Below, in pieces: positions 29,413 to 42,220 of a stretch of DNA of 64,000 bases (within the stretch, counting starts at the first letter, position 1; every line of letters starts with the position of its first letter). The stretch is taken from positions 2,943-66,942 of the forward strand of contig CAVSUM010000020.1 of assembly GCA_963731105.1 (NCBI GenBank), written 5' to 3'. Origin of the DNA: an uncultured Gammaproteobacteria bacterium (GTDB taxonomy: Bacteria; Pseudomonadota; Gammaproteobacteria; Steroidobacterales; Steroidobacteraceae). The position numbers and the translations under genes were made by a program. Under the pieces are notes generated by a model. That model was given only the letters and a program-made list of their open reading frames with translations. It did not search any database and was not told the DNA's origin.

Positions 29413-29447
29413 CTGTCCCTCGCGGGGACAGTCAAGAGACCGTCCCC
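29397..29447. repeat. long perfect hairpin, repeat family B (GGGGACGGTCTCTTGAnTGTCCCC), copy 1; possible terminator
   Basis: ggggacggtctcttgactgtccc tcgc ggggacagtcaagagaccgtcccc. The left arm encodes the last ACP codons and its TGA. No T-tract follows. Confidence 0.85.
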
Positions 29448-29501
29448 TCAGTTGCCCGCAGTTGAATCCATCCCGCCGCCGGGCCTGCGATATAGGTGTC
29501 C

Positions 29502-30184
29502 ATGCTCGACGTTCGCAACCTGACCAAGTCCTACGGCGGACCGAGCGGCCGGCGGGTGCTCGAGGGCGTGCAGCTGCGGGTCCAGCCGGGCGAGTACGTC
29601 GCGATCGTCGGCGATTCGGGCGTCGGCAAGTCGACGCTGCTCAACCTGGTGGCCGGACTCGACGTGCCTGACGCGGGCAGGTCCTGCTCGAGGAGCGCGA
29701 CCTCGCGCAGCTCGACGAGGACGCCCGCACGCGCCTGCGCCGCTCGCGCATGGGCTTCGTCTTCCAGGCGTTTCACCTGTTGCCGCACCTCACCGTCGCC
29801 CGCAACGTCGGGTTGCCGCTCGCACTCAACGGGCAGGCCGGGCCCGCAGCGGCGGCGCGCGTGCAGGAACTGCTCGAGGCGGTCGGCCTCGGCGGACGTG
29901 CCGACAGCCTGCCGCGCGAACTGTCGGGCGGTGAGATGCAGCGTGTTGCAGTCGCGCGGGCTCTCGCGCACCGGCCCGCGCTGGTGCTGGCAGACGAGCC
30001 CACCGGCAACCTCGATCCCGACAATGCGATCGTGATCCTCGAGATCCTGCGCGCGCAGATCAAGCGCGACAACGCGGCCGGCGTGCTGGTCACGCATTCG
30101 GCAGCGGCGGCGGCCACGACCGACCGTGTGTATGAACTCACGCGGACGGGGCTGCACGAGCGCCGTTCGCCGGTGACGCCTTGA
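29502..30184 (+). pseudogene. ABC transporter ATP-binding protein (AttE/LolD/MacB-ATPase-like), one frame break
   Basis: [13 protein letters not shown]...[13 protein letters not shown] (Walker A) in ORF 29496..30035. After a -1 break near 29678 the protein continues in ORF 29750..30184 with [15 protein letters not shown]...[12 protein letters not shown]. Length is 683 nt. Confidence 0.85.
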
Positions 30185-32727
30185 GCGTCGACGTGGGGCG
30201 CATGACGTTCGGCGCCCGGCGCGCACTGCTCGAGGCTGCGGCGTTCGGGCCGTTGCGGCAGGCGCCGGGGCGCACGGCGCTCGCCATCATCGCGATCGCG
30301 CTCGGCGTGGCACTCGGCTTCTCGGTCTACCTGATCAACCGCGTGGCGGCCGACGAGGTGCAACTCGCGTCGCGCAGCCTGTTCGGCATGGCGGACCTGT
30401 CGGTGCAGGCGCCGGGTCTCGGCTTCGACGAGGCGCTCTACCCGAAGCTCGCGGCGATCCCTGGGGTTGCCGTGGCGAGCCCGGTGGTCGAGGTGCAGGC
30501 ACGCCTGCCGGGCCGCGACCGCACGCTCAAGCTGGTCGGCATCGATCCGTTCCGGGTGGCGAAGCTGCAGCCGGCGCTCGCCGCTGCGGGCGCAACCGCC
30601 GCGCAGGGCAACGGACTGCTCGGCGACGACCTGGTCTGGCTGAGTGCAGCCGCAGCGCAGATGCTGGAACTCGACGTCGGCGACTCGCTCGACGTGCAGG
30701 TGGGGCTCGACGCGGTCCCGCTGCGAGTGGCCGGGCTGCTGCCGGCGGGGGAGTACCGACAACCCATCGGCATGCTCGACATCGGCACCGCGCAGTGGCG
30801 ACTCGACCGACTCGGCCGCCTCGACCGTGTCGACCTGCGCCTCGTCGCCGGCGGCGATCCGCTCGCGGTACAGGATGCGATTCGCGCGGTGCTGCCGCCC
30901 GGCGTGCGGCTCACCACGCCGGGTGAGGCGAGCGACGACGCAGTGCGCCTGTCGCGCGCGTACCGTTCCAACCTCACCGCACTCGCCCTGGTCGCGCTGT
31001 TCACCGGTGGCTTCCTCGTCTATGCCACGCAGTCGCTGGCCGTTGCGCGTCGCCGCCGCGAGATCGCGCTGCTGCACGCGATGGGCATGACGGTGCGCGA
31101 GCAACTCGCCGCGGCCTTGCTGTCCGGCGGACTCGTCGGCGTGCTGGGTGCCGCACTCGGCGTCGTGCTCGGAGTCTTCGTCGCCCGCGCCGGCCTCGCC
31201 GCGTTCGGCGCGGACCTCGGCGCCGGCTATTTCCGCGGCGTCGCGCCCCAGCTCGCGGTCGGCCCGGTGGAGGTGCTGGTGTTCTTCGCGCTCGGCGTGG
31301 CCGCGGCGCTGGTGGCGACACTTGGTCCCGCGCGCGAGGCCGCGTCGGTGCCGGCGGCCGCAGCACTCAAGGCCGGCGACGAAGCGCCGCTTGCAGCCAG
31401 GCGGCATGGCTGGATTGCAGTATTGCTGGCGCTCGCGGCGGGCGTCGCGCTGCTGCTGCCGCCGCTCGAGGGCATCGCGCTGCCGGGCTACGCGGCCATT
31501 GCCTGCCTGCTGCTGGCCGCGGTCTTCCTCGCGCCGACGCTCTCGCACCTGGCCTTCGATCGCCTGCCCGTGAAGGGGCCGGCCTGGCTGCAGATCGCGA
31601 CGGCGCAACTGCGCGGCACGGCACGGCGCTCCACGGTCAGCATCGCCGCGGTGCTGGTGAGCTTCAGCCTGATGGTCGCGATGGCGATCATGGTGTACTC
31701 GTTCCGCAACTCGCTGGACGCCTGGATGCAGCGCATCCTGCCGGCCGACCTGTACGTGCGCTCCGGCTCGGCGGGCCTCAGCAGCTTCCTCGACGAGAAC
31801 GCGCAGGCCGTGATCCGCACCGTCGACGGCGTGGCGCGCGTGGACTTCGTGCGCTTCCAGGACGTGGCGATGCCGGGGTCCGGCCTGCCACTCACGGTGA
31901 TCGCCCGACCGGTCACCGAGGACGACGCAGATAGCGTGCTGCCGATCCGACGGCGCGACACGCGGCCGGCGCCCGCGGGCACGGTGCCGGTGTGGGCGTC
32001 CGAGGCGGCGCTCGACCTGCGCGGCTTCGACGTCGGCACGGTGTTCGACCTGCCGCTCGGCGGCCGCACCGTGCGGGCGAGCGTGCGCGGCCTGTGGCGC
32101 GACTACGAGCGGCCCGGCGGCTCGGTCGTGATGCCGCGCGACGTGTTCGTGCAGTACACCGGCGACACGCGCGCCACCACGGCGGCGCTCTGGCTCGCCG
32201 CGGATGCCGACCCGGACGCCGTGGCCTCGCGCATCCAGGCTGCATTGCAGCGCGGCGGCGATTACGAGATTGCAGTACCGCGGGAAATCCGTCGCCTGTC
32301 GCTGCGCGTCTTCGATCGCACCTTCGCGGTCACCTACCTGCTCGAGGCGGTGGCCGTGCTGATCGGCCTGTTCGGCATCAGCGCCAGCACCAGTTCGCAG
32401 GTGCTCGCGCGACGCGGCGAGTTCGGCATGCTGCGCCACCTCGGCGTCACGCGCGGCGAGATCGGCCGGATGCTCGCGGTCGAGGGCGCGGCGCTCGGTG
32501 CCGTCGGCGTCGCGACGGGCCTCGCGATGGGCGGCATCGTCAGCCTGATCCTGGTCTACGTGGTCAACCGGCAGTCGTTCCACTGGACCATGGACGTGCA
32601 CGTGCCGTGGCTGCTGCTCGCGGTGCTGAGTGGCGTGCTGGTCGCGGCGGCGGCACTGACGTCCGTGGCGAGCGGGCGACAGGCGATGGGCGACGACGTG
32701 GTGCGCGCCGTCAAGGAGGACTGGTGA
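30181..32727 (+). CDS. ABC transporter permease with two FtsX-like domains (AttF/AttG-like fused permease)
   Basis: ORF 30181..32727 (848 aa). The TTG start overlaps the ATPase stop. There are two blocks of four TM helices separated by large extracytoplasmic regions, typical of the FtsX/MacB family. Confidence 0.8.
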   Translation: MSVDVGRMTFGARRALLEAAAFGPLRQAPGRTALAIIAIALGVALGFSVYLINRVAADEVQLASRSLFGMADLSVQAPGLGFDEALYPKLAAIPGVAVASPVVEVQARLPGRDRTLKLVGIDPFRVAKLQPALAAAGATAAQGNGLLGDDLVWLSAAAAQMLELDVGDSLDVQVGLDAVPLRVAGLLPAGEYRQPIGMLDIGTAQWRLDRLGRLDRVDLRLVAGGDPLAVQDAIRAVLPPGVRLTTPGEASDDAVRLSRAYRSNLTALALVALFTGGFLVYATQSLAVARRRREIALLHAMGMTVREQLAAALLSGGLVGVLGAALGVVLGVFVARAGLAAFGADLGAGYFRGVAPQLAVGPVEVLVFFALGVAAALVATLGPAREAASVPAAAALKAGDEAPLAARRHGWIAVLLALAAGVALLLPPLEGIALPGYAAIACLLLAAVFLAPTLSHLAFDRLPVKGPAWLQIATAQLRGTARRSTVSIAAVLVSFSLMVAMAIMVYSFRNSLDAWMQRILPADLYVRSGSAGLSSFLDENAQAVIRTVDGVARVDFVRFQDVAMPGSGLPLTVIARPVTEDDADSVLPIRRRDTRPAPAGTVPVWASEAALDLRGFDVGTVFDLPLGGRTVRASVRGLWRDYERPGGSVVMPRDVFVQYTGDTRATTAALWLAADADPDAVASRIQAALQRGGDYEIAVPREIRRLSLRVFDRTFAVTYLLEAVAVLIGLFGISASTSSQVLARRGEFGMLRHLGVTRGEIGRMLAVEGAALGAVGVATGLAMGGIVSLILVYVVNRQSFHWTMDVHVPWLLLAVLSGVLVAAAALTSVASGRQAMGDDVVRAVKEDW

Positions 32728-32740
32728 GGAAATTGGGGAC

Positions 32741-33809
32741 ATGCCTGATTTCCGCTGCTCGCACTGCTGCTGCATCGCCGCCGTGCCCGTCGGCGCGCAG
32801 GTGACGTATCCGGCCGTCGTGCCCGGCGTCGAACTGCAGTTTCCGCGCGACGAGGGCGCGCATCCGCAGTTCCGGATCGAGTGGTGGTACGTGACGGGCT
32901 GGGTACAGGACGACACGGGTGCGCCGCTCGGCTTGCAGGTGACGTTCTTCCGCGTGCGGCCGGGGCTCGGCGAATCGAACCCGAGCCGGTTCGCCGCGCG
33001 ACAGGTGCTGTTCGGGCACGCGGCCGTCGCTGACCCGCGCCACGGCAAACTGCGGCATGCCGAGCGGTCGGCGCGCGAGGGCTTCGATATCGCGTTCGCG
33101 CGTGACGGGCGCGTCGACGTCAGGCTCGACGACTGGTCGCTGCGTGCGGAGGGCGGCGGCTACCGCGCGATCGTCGCGGGCGACGACTTCTCGATGCAGC
33201 TCGAGCTCGAGCCGACGCAGCCGCCGCTGTTGCAGGGCGACCGCGGCTACAGCCGCAAGGGCCCGGAGGCGGCGCAGGCGAGCCACTACTACAGCCTGCC
33301 GCACCTGCGCGTGAGCGGCGAGATCGTGATCGATGGCAAGCGGCGCAATGTCACCGGTGCGGCGTGGTTCGACCACGAGTGGTCAAGCGACGTGATGGAC
33401 GACCAGGCACGCGGCTGGGACTGGCTCGGGCGTCAACCTCGACGATGGCGGCGCGCTGATGGCGTTCCGCATGCGCGGCCCGGACGGCGGCGCGCGCTGG
33501 GCGGCGGCGACGCTGCGGGCAGCGGATGGCAGCGTACAGACGTTCGCACCGACGGAAGTCGCCTGGATGCCGTTGCGGCGCTGGCGCTCACCGCGCACCG
33601 GCGCCGAGTATCCCGTGGCGTGGCGGGTGCGCGTGGGTGATCGCGAGTTCGAGGTCGAGCCGCTGATGGACGACGCGGAGCTGGACTCGCGCTCCAGCAC
33701 CGGCACGATCTACTGGGAAGGTCCCGTGCGATTGCGCGCTGCGGGCGGCGGGCCGGCCGGCAGCGGCTACCTCGAGCTCACCGGTTACGCCGGCCGCCTG
33801 GCTCTGTAG
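32741..33809 (+). pseudogene. AttH-like / CrtC (hydroxyneurosporene-synthase-like) lipocalin-fold protein, one frame break
   Basis: FPRDEGAHPQFRIEWWYVTGW...HYYSLPHLRVSG...AWFDHEWSS (ORF 32741..33640), then ALMAFRMRG...IYWEGPV...GYLELTGY (ORF 33459..33809). An extra base lies near 33429. Confidence 0.8.
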
Positions 33810-33812
33810 CCG

Positions 33813-33875
33813 CCGGAGGGGACGGTCTCTTGAGTGTCCCCAGACCGGGGACACTCAAGAGACCGTCCCCTCCGG
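33813..33875. repeat. long perfect hairpin, repeat family B, copy 2; between convergent genes, likely bidirectional terminator
   Basis: ccggaggggacggtctcttgagtgtcccc agacc ggggacactcaagagaccgtcccctccgg, located between the attH-like stop (33809) and the ypfJ-like stop (33878). Confidence 0.85.
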
Positions 33876-33877
33876 CG

Positions 33878-34738
33878 TCACAGTTGCTTTGCGGCGAACG
33901 TGTCGCAGTCCGCGGGGTTGCCGCTCTCGAGCCCGCGGCGGAACCAGCGCACGCGCTGCTCCGAGCTGCCGTGCGTGAACGCGTCGGGCACGACCCGGCC
34001 CTGGGTCTCCCGCTGGATCCGGTCGTCGCCGATCGCGCTCGCGGCGCCAAGGCCTTCCTCGACGTCACCCGACTCGAGCAACTGGCGCGAGCGGGCGGCG
34101 TGGTTGGCCCACACGCCGGCGTAGCAGTCCGCCTGCAGTTCCATCCGCACCGACAGCTCGTTCGCCTGCACCTTGGGCATGCGCTGCTGCGCGGCCTGCA
34201 CCTTCTCCGCGGTGCCGACCAGGTTCTGCACGTGGTGCCCGACCTCGTGCGCGATCACGTACGCCTGCGCGAAGTCGCCCGGCGCGCCGAAGCGCTGCGA
34301 CAGGTCGTCGTAGAAAGACATGTCGATGTAGACCTTCTGGTCGAGCGGGCAGTAGAACGGCCCCATTGCCGCCTCGGCCGTGCCGCACGCCGACTGCACG
34401 GCGCCACTGAACAGCACCAGCGTCGGCTCCTGGTACTGCACGCCATACTGCGGCAGCAGCGCCTTCCAGGTTTCTTCGGTATCTGCGAGAACCACTGCCG
34501 TCATCTCGCGCAGGTGCGCCTCCTGCGGCGATTCCTGGTACGGCTGCGCGCTCTCCTGCATCTGCACCTCGGGCGCCTTGGTGGCGACGCCGAGGAAGGG
34601 CAGGGGATTGATGCCGAGCAGGCTCAGCACGACGAGGAACAGCACGCCGCCGATACTGAGCCCCACGCCGGTTCGCACCGGACGCATGCCGCGGCGGTCC
34701 TCGATGTTGCTGCTCTGGCGACGGCCTCGGATATCCAT
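33878..34738 (-). CDS. YpfJ-family neutral zinc metallopeptidase
   Basis: ORF 33878..34738. N-terminal RRQSSNIEDRRG plus a TM helix, HEVGHHVQ zinc motif and LQADCYAGVW, as in YpfJ-like proteins. Confidence 0.85.
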   Translation of the reverse strand: MDIRGRRQSSNIEDRRGMRPVRTGVGLSIGGVLFLVVLSLLGINPLPFLGVATKAPEVQMQESAQPYQESPQEAHLREMTAVVLADTEETWKALLPQYGVQYQEPTLVLFSGAVQSACGTAEAAMGPFYCPLDQKVYIDMSFYDDLSQRFGAPGDFAQAYVIAHEVGHHVQNLVGTAEKVQAAQQRMPKVQANELSVRMELQADCYAGVWANHAARSRQLLESGDVEEGLGAASAIGDDRIQRETQGRVVPDAFTHGSSEQRVRWFRRGLESGNPADCDTFAAKQL

Positions 34739-34834
34739 GATCTGCGCTCCCTGGCGGCGTGCCCCGGTTCAGGAGCGCAGATTACGTCAAGTCGGGCGTC
34801 GCCGGAACCTGCGGCGCCGCGAATGGCGCGACCG

Positions 34835-35080
34835 CTACAGGTTGCGCGGATCCTCGGCGGCGGACTCGACCCACACGCCGCGACTGCACTGCAGCAACTG
34901 CGAGCCGCTCACGACGTAGGTGCCGTCCCTGTACTCGGTGCCATTGAAGTAACAGACCGGCTCGCCGGGGACCTGCTGGCGGATGACGTCGGTGTCCTCG
35001 TCTTCTTCATCGGCGATTGGCGAGTTCTTCAACTCGGGATCCTGTGCGCCCACATGGAGGATCGAAGCGTGGTGTTTCAT
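34835..35080 (-). CDS. small hypothetical protein (81 aa, Cys-containing; possibly DUF1496-like)
   Basis: Last 81 codons of ORF 34835..36736, from ATG 35080: MKHHASILHVG...VCYFNGTEYRDGTYVVSGSQLLQCSRGVWV. The family assignment is from memory only. Confidence 0.4.
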   Translation of the reverse strand: MKHHASILHVGAQDPELKNSPIADEEDEDTDVIRQQVPGEPVCYFNGTEYRDGTYVVSGSQLLQCSRGVWVESAAEDPRNL

Positions 35081-35161
35081 TGCAGTGCTCCCGTGTGGTG
35101 TGGCCACGCGGCCTGACAACCCGATCTTAGTCCGTGGGCGGGCGGAAAGGCCCGCTGAAAA

Positions 35162-35244
35162 CAGGTGACATTCACCTATTTTCTGAAAGCAGGGGACATT
35201 CACCTGATTTTCGGGAAATTCGGAGAATGTCCCCACTATTTCTC

Positions 35245-35245
<1 letters not shown>
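35162..35245. repeat. repeat family C downstream of groEL: two 28-nt direct repeats plus one inverted degenerate copy
   Basis: The direct repeats are caggtgacattcacctattttctgaaag (35162-35189) and caggggacattcacctgattttcgggaaa (35190-35218). They are followed by ggaaattcggagaatgtccccactatttctcc (35214-35245). GGGGACATTC and GAATGTCCCC form an inverted pair. Confidence 0.8.
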
Positions 35246-36864
<1,619 letters not shown>

Positions 36865-36930
36865 GACGCGCTCCCCGTTCTGCCGCCGATGGCTCGATTC
36901 TTGGCCCGTACGGCGGCCGCGGGAATACGT

Positions 36931-36988
36931 GGAAATAGGGGACATTCTCCTATTTCCGAACGGAAATAGGAGAATGTCCCCTATTTCC
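36931..36988. repeat. perfect 27-bp-arm palindrome (repeat family C) in the divergent groEL/aminotransferase intergenic region
   Basis: ggaaataggggacattctcctatttcc gaac ggaaataggagaatgtcccctatttcc. Each arm is itself a GGAAATAGG-N9-CCTATTTCC hairpin. CATAAT follows at 36990-36995, 6 nt before ATG 37002. Confidence 0.9.
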
Positions 36989-37001
36989 TCATAATCGCGC
37001 C

Positions 37002-38714
37002 ATGCAGGACTGGAGCTTCGAATTCCTCCGCAGCCAGGTGGTCGGCATCGACTCCGCCTTCGATACGCCGTTCGGCCGCCGGCTGATGGTCTACTGCGAC
37101 TTCACCGCCTCGGGCCGCTGCCTGCTGTTCGTCGAGCGCTACCTGCAGACCCTGCAGCGCAGCTACGCCAACACCCACACCGAAGACGACGTCACGGGCC
37201 GCAGCATGAGCCTGCTGCTGCACGAGGCCGAGGCGATGATCAAGCGGGCGGTGAACGCCGGGCCGCAGGGCCGCATCGTCGCGTGCGGCACCGGCGCGAC
37301 CGGCGCGATCGACAAGCTGCAGCAGATCCTCGGCGTCGCGTTGCCGCCCGCGACGCGGCGCGTTCTCGGCGAGGAACTGCGGCAGTTCCTCGGCCACCAG
37401 CGCTGCGAGGATTTCCGCGCCTTCCAGCAGTCGCACCAGCCGGTGGTGTTCGTCGGTCCCTATGAGCATCACAGCAACGAGGTGACCTGGCGGCAGGGCC
37501 TCGCGACCGTGGTCGAGGTCAACCTCGCACCCGACGGCGGCGTCGACCTCGCGCACCTCGAGATGCTGCTGCAGGAGCCGGAGTACCTCGGCCGGCTGCG
37601 CATCGGCTCGTTCTCCGCGGCGTCGAACGTCACCGGCATGCGCTCGCCGGTGCGCGACATCGCGCGCCTGCTGCACGCGCACGACGCCTACGCCTGCTTC
37701 GACTACGCGGCGAGCGGCCCGTACGTCGACATCGACATGAGCGCGCCGCGCGATCCCGACGGCGGCGATCCGTCGCTCGACGCGGTGTTCCTCTCGCCGC
37801 ACAAGTTCCTCGGCGGCCCCGGCTCGAGCGGCGTGCTGGTGTTCAACGAGCGACTGTACTCGCGCGACCTGCCACCGAGCGTGGCGGGCGGCGGCACCGT
37901 CGACTACGTCAGCCCGATGGACCAGGACTTCATCGTCGACATCGAGGAGCGTGAGAAGGCCGGCACGCCCGGTGTGCTGCAGATCCTGAAAGCTGCATTG
38001 GCGCTGGAGCTGAAATGCAGTATTGGCGCAGAGCGCATCGAGGCGCGCGAGCAGGAGCTCGTGTCGCGCGCACTGGCGCGCTGGGGCGCACACCCGCGCA
38101 TCGAGATCCTCGGCAATCCCGATCCCGCGCGGCGCATCGGCATCGTGTCGTTCAACCTCGGCGACCCGCGCGGCCGCTACCTGCATCCGAAGTTCGTCAC
38201 CGTGCTGCTGAACGACCTGTTCGGCATCCAGTCGCGCGCCGGCTGCTCCTGCGCCGGACCGTACGGCCACCGCCTGCTCGGCATCGACCAGCCGACCTCC
38301 GAGCTGTACCGCGACTGGGTCCGCAAGGGTTTCCAGGGCATCAAGCCCGGCTGGTGCCGCGTCGGCTTCCACTACGCGATGGACGACGTGGACGCGACGT
38401 TCGTGATGGACGCCGTGGAGTTCGTCGCCGAGCACGGCCACCGCTTCCTGCGCCTGTACGCGTTCGATGCCGAGACCGGCGCGTGGAGCCATCGCTCCTA
38501 CCAGGAGCGGCACGCACCGTTTTCGCTCGAGGCTGCACTGGGGGCGACCGGCTGCGACGAGACGGCGCTGCCGGCCGAGTCGCGGGCGCGCCTGTTCGCG
38601 GACTGCCTGCAGCAGGCCCGGGCCAGCGCCGAGCGGCTGGGCGAGCCGGACCCCGGGACTGTGCGCAAGGACACGGAACGGTTCGGCGAACTGCAGTTCT
38701 TCAACGTTGTCTGA
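37002..38714 (+). CDS. class-V aminotransferase-fold PLP enzyme (cysteine desulfurase/selenocysteine lyase-like)
   Basis: ORF 37002..38714 (570 aa). [23 protein letters not shown] and [15 protein letters not shown] (PLP-Lys) are typical of this fold. Confidence 0.7.
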   Translation: MQDWSFEFLRSQVVGIDSAFDTPFGRRLMVYCDFTASGRCLLFVERYLQTLQRSYANTHTEDDVTGRSMSLLLHEAEAMIKRAVNAGPQGRIVACGTGATGAIDKLQQILGVALPPATRRVLGEELRQFLGHQRCEDFRAFQQSHQPVVFVGPYEHHSNEVTWRQGLATVVEVNLAPDGGVDLAHLEMLLQEPEYLGRLRIGSFSAASNVTGMRSPVRDIARLLHAHDAYACFDYAASGPYVDIDMSAPRDPDGGDPSLDAVFLSPHKFLGGPGSSGVLVFNERLYSRDLPPSVAGGGTVDYVSPMDQDFIVDIEEREKAGTPGVLQILKAALALELKCSIGAERIEAREQELVSRALARWGAHPRIEILGNPDPARRIGIVSFNLGDPRGRYLHPKFVTVLLNDLFGIQSRAGCSCAGPYGHRLLGIDQPTSELYRDWVRKGFQGIKPGWCRVGFHYAMDDVDATFVMDAVEFVAEHGHRFLRLYAFDAETGAWSHRSYQERHAPFSLEAALGATGCDETALPAESRARLFADCLQQARASAERLGEPDPGTVRKDTERFGELQFFNVV

Positions 38715-38798
38715 CACGCTCCGGTCAACGGGTCGCCGGCGAAAGCGTTGGTGCCCGGAAATGACCTCGGTGGCACGGCTACCGAAGGGGGAGGAGTG

Positions 38799-40528
38799 AT
38801 GCGATTCGACCGACTGCGGCCCTGGGCGGGACTGTGTTGCGCGATCGTGCTCGCCACGCTCGCGGCGTGTGGTGGCGGCGGGTCGGGTGACGGCTCCAGC
38901 GGCGGCTCGTCCGGTGGTGGCTCCACGGGCGGGGGCAGCCCGCCGGCAGCCCCGATCAGCAAGACCGACGCGTTCCGCTTCCTGAACCAGTCCACCTACG
39001 GCGCCACCGAGGCCGAGGTGCAGCGCCTGGTCGCGCTCGGCACGTCGGCGACCGGCTACGGCCGCTGGATCGACGAGCAGCTGCAGCAGCCACCCTCGGT
39101 GCAGCTGCCGACGGTGCAGGCCGCGCTGCTCAATCTCGCCAACCCGGCGCAGATGATCGGCCAGCTGAACGTCGACCGGCAGGAGATCTGGTTCCGCAAC
39201 TCGCTCACCGGTCCGGACCAGCTGCGCCAGCGCGTGGCGTTCGCGCTGTCCGAGATCATGGTGGTGTCGCAGCAGAGCACGCTGCAGAACATGCCGTATG
39301 CGCTCGCCGACTACTACGACCTGCTGGCGCGCGATGCGTTCGGCGACTTCCGCAAGCTGCTCGAGGACGTGACGCTGCACCCGGCGATGGGCGTCTACCT
39401 CAACATGCTCGGCAACCAGAAGCCCGACGCGACGCGCAACATCCGCCCCGACGAGAACTACGCACGCGAGACGCTGCAGCTGTTCACCGTCGGTCTCGTC
39501 GAGCTCAACCCCGACGGCATCGGTGCGCAAGGACGCCCAGGGCCAGCCGATCCCGACCTACGACCAGTCGGTGATCGAAGGCTTCGCCAACGTGTTCACC
39601 GGCTGGAACTACTGCGGGTGCCGCGAGCTTCGCGCAGGCCCGCCGCACGCTCGCCAACCAGGTGCTGCCGATGCAGGCCTACCCGGAGCAGCACTCGCCG
39701 CTCGCCAAGCAGTTGCTGCAGTACCCCGGCGCGGCGAAGCCCAGCCTGCCCGCGGGGCAAACCGCGCAGCAGGACCTCGCCGACGCACTCGACAACATCT
39801 TCAACCACCCGAACGTCGGGCCGTTCATCTCGAAGCAGCTGATCCAGAAGCTCGTCACCAGCAACCCGTCGCCGCAGTACGTGGCGCGCGTCACCGCCGT
39901 GTTCAACAACGACGGCACGGGCAAGCGCGGCAACCTCGGCGCGGTGGTGAAGGCGATCCTGCTCGATGCCGAAGCGCGCCCGACGACGCCCGCCGCGACC
40001 GACGGCAAGGTGAAGGAGCCGCTGCTGCGCCTGACCCAGCTGTGGCGCGCCTACGACGCCAAGGCGGCGAACGGCCAGTACCGCGTCGGCAACATCAACG
40101 CCGCGTTCGGCCAGGGGCCGCTGCAGTCGCCGTCGGTGTTCAACTTCTTCAGCCCGTTCTACGCGCCGCCCGGCGAGATCGCCGACCAGGGACTGGTCGC
40201 ACCCGAGCTGCAGATCGCCACCGAGTACCTCAACACCACGGTGACCAACACCTTCTACAACACGATTTTCTTCCGCAACTCGACCTCGGCCAACGTGCCG
40301 CCGGAAGGCGTGGTGATCGACATCACGCAGGAAGTGGCACTGGCTGCAGATTCCGAAGCGCTGGTAAACCGTATTGCAGAGAAGCTGCTTGGCGGCCAGA
40401 TCTCGCCGACGCTCAAGGCCGAGGCGAAGGCGGCGGTCGAGCGCACCGCAGCCACCAGCACCGGCCAGCGCGTGGCGGAGGCGATGTACCTCGTCGCCAC
40501 CTCGCCCGAATACGTCGTGCAGCGTTGA
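38799..40528 (+). pseudogene. DUF1800 family lipoprotein, two frame breaks
   Basis: ATG 38799 follows GGGGGAGGAG. The signal/lipobox is MRFDRLRPWAGLCCAIVLATLAAC, followed by a Gly/Ser linker. The pieces lie in ORFs 38748..39842, 39523.. and 39662..40528, the last ending MYLVATSPEYVVQR. Breaks are near 39520 and 39612. Length is 1730 nt. Confidence 0.75.
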
Positions 40529-40538
40529 GGAGCCCGCC

Positions 40539-41898
<1,360 letters not shown>

Positions 41899-41899
41899 A

Positions 41900-41939
41900 C
41901 TCCCTCTCCCGCTTTGCGGGAGAGGGTGGGGGAGAGGGC
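41900..41939. repeat. REP-like element family A, copy 5
   Basis: ctccctctcccgctttgcgggagagggtgggggagaggg, immediately after the DUF1501 stop. Confidence 0.8.
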
Positions 41940-41950
41940 AGGAGCGAGCA

Positions 41951-42220
41951 ATGGCCACCGGTTGGGCCGGCGACGGCGCCGTGCAGAAGCAGATCGACGA
42001 CAGCATCGACGACGCGATCAAGCGCGCCCAGGCGCAATTGCCCGCGGGGCCGAGCCTCGAGCACTGCGAGGAGTGCGGCGAGTCGATTCCCGAGGCGCGG
42101 CGGCAGGCGCTCCCGGGCGTGCGGCTGTGCGTGGCGTGCCAGGCCGAGCGAGACCGCGAGCAGGCCGCGGCCGCAGGCCCTTACAACCGCCGCGGCAGCA
42201 AGGACAGCCAGCTGCGCTGA
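41951..42220 (+). CDS. DksA/TraR-family C4 zinc-finger protein
   Basis: ORF 41951..42220. HCEECGESIPEARRQALPGVRLCVACQ is the CxxC-N17-CxxC TraR/DksA finger. Confidence 0.8.
   Translation: MATGWAGDGAVQKQIDDSIDDAIKRAQAQLPAGPSLEHCEECGESIPEARRQALPGVRLCVACQAERDREQAAAAGPYNRRGSKDSQLR

Noticed and set aside
29773-33048. 1091-aa minus-strand ORF, the longest ORF in the track
   Set aside because: It is antisense to the well-supported ABC ATPase, permease and AttH-like genes. Its composition is dominated by Arg/Ala/Gly/His runs with no recognisable motif. This is a typical shadow ORF in high-GC DNA.
33829-33859. CTTGAGT...ACTCAAG half-sites resembling the HspR HAIR operator, near a chaperonin gene
   Set aside because: The spacing is 17 nt rather than 7. 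The sister copy at 29397-29447 has CTTGACT instead. The sites are simply part of the long family-B hairpin, and no hspR-like gene is nearby.
35162-35218. Two 28-nt direct repeats considered as a possible mini CRISPR array
   Set aside because: There are only two abutting copies with no spacers, no cas genes and no leader. They belong to the same repeat family as the palindrome at 36931-36988.
36981-39530. 849-aa minus-strand ORF
   Set aside because: It is antisense to the class-V aminotransferase and DUF1800 genes, which carry clear family motifs. It has an Arg/Ala-rich composition and no motifs, so I treat it as a shadow ORF.
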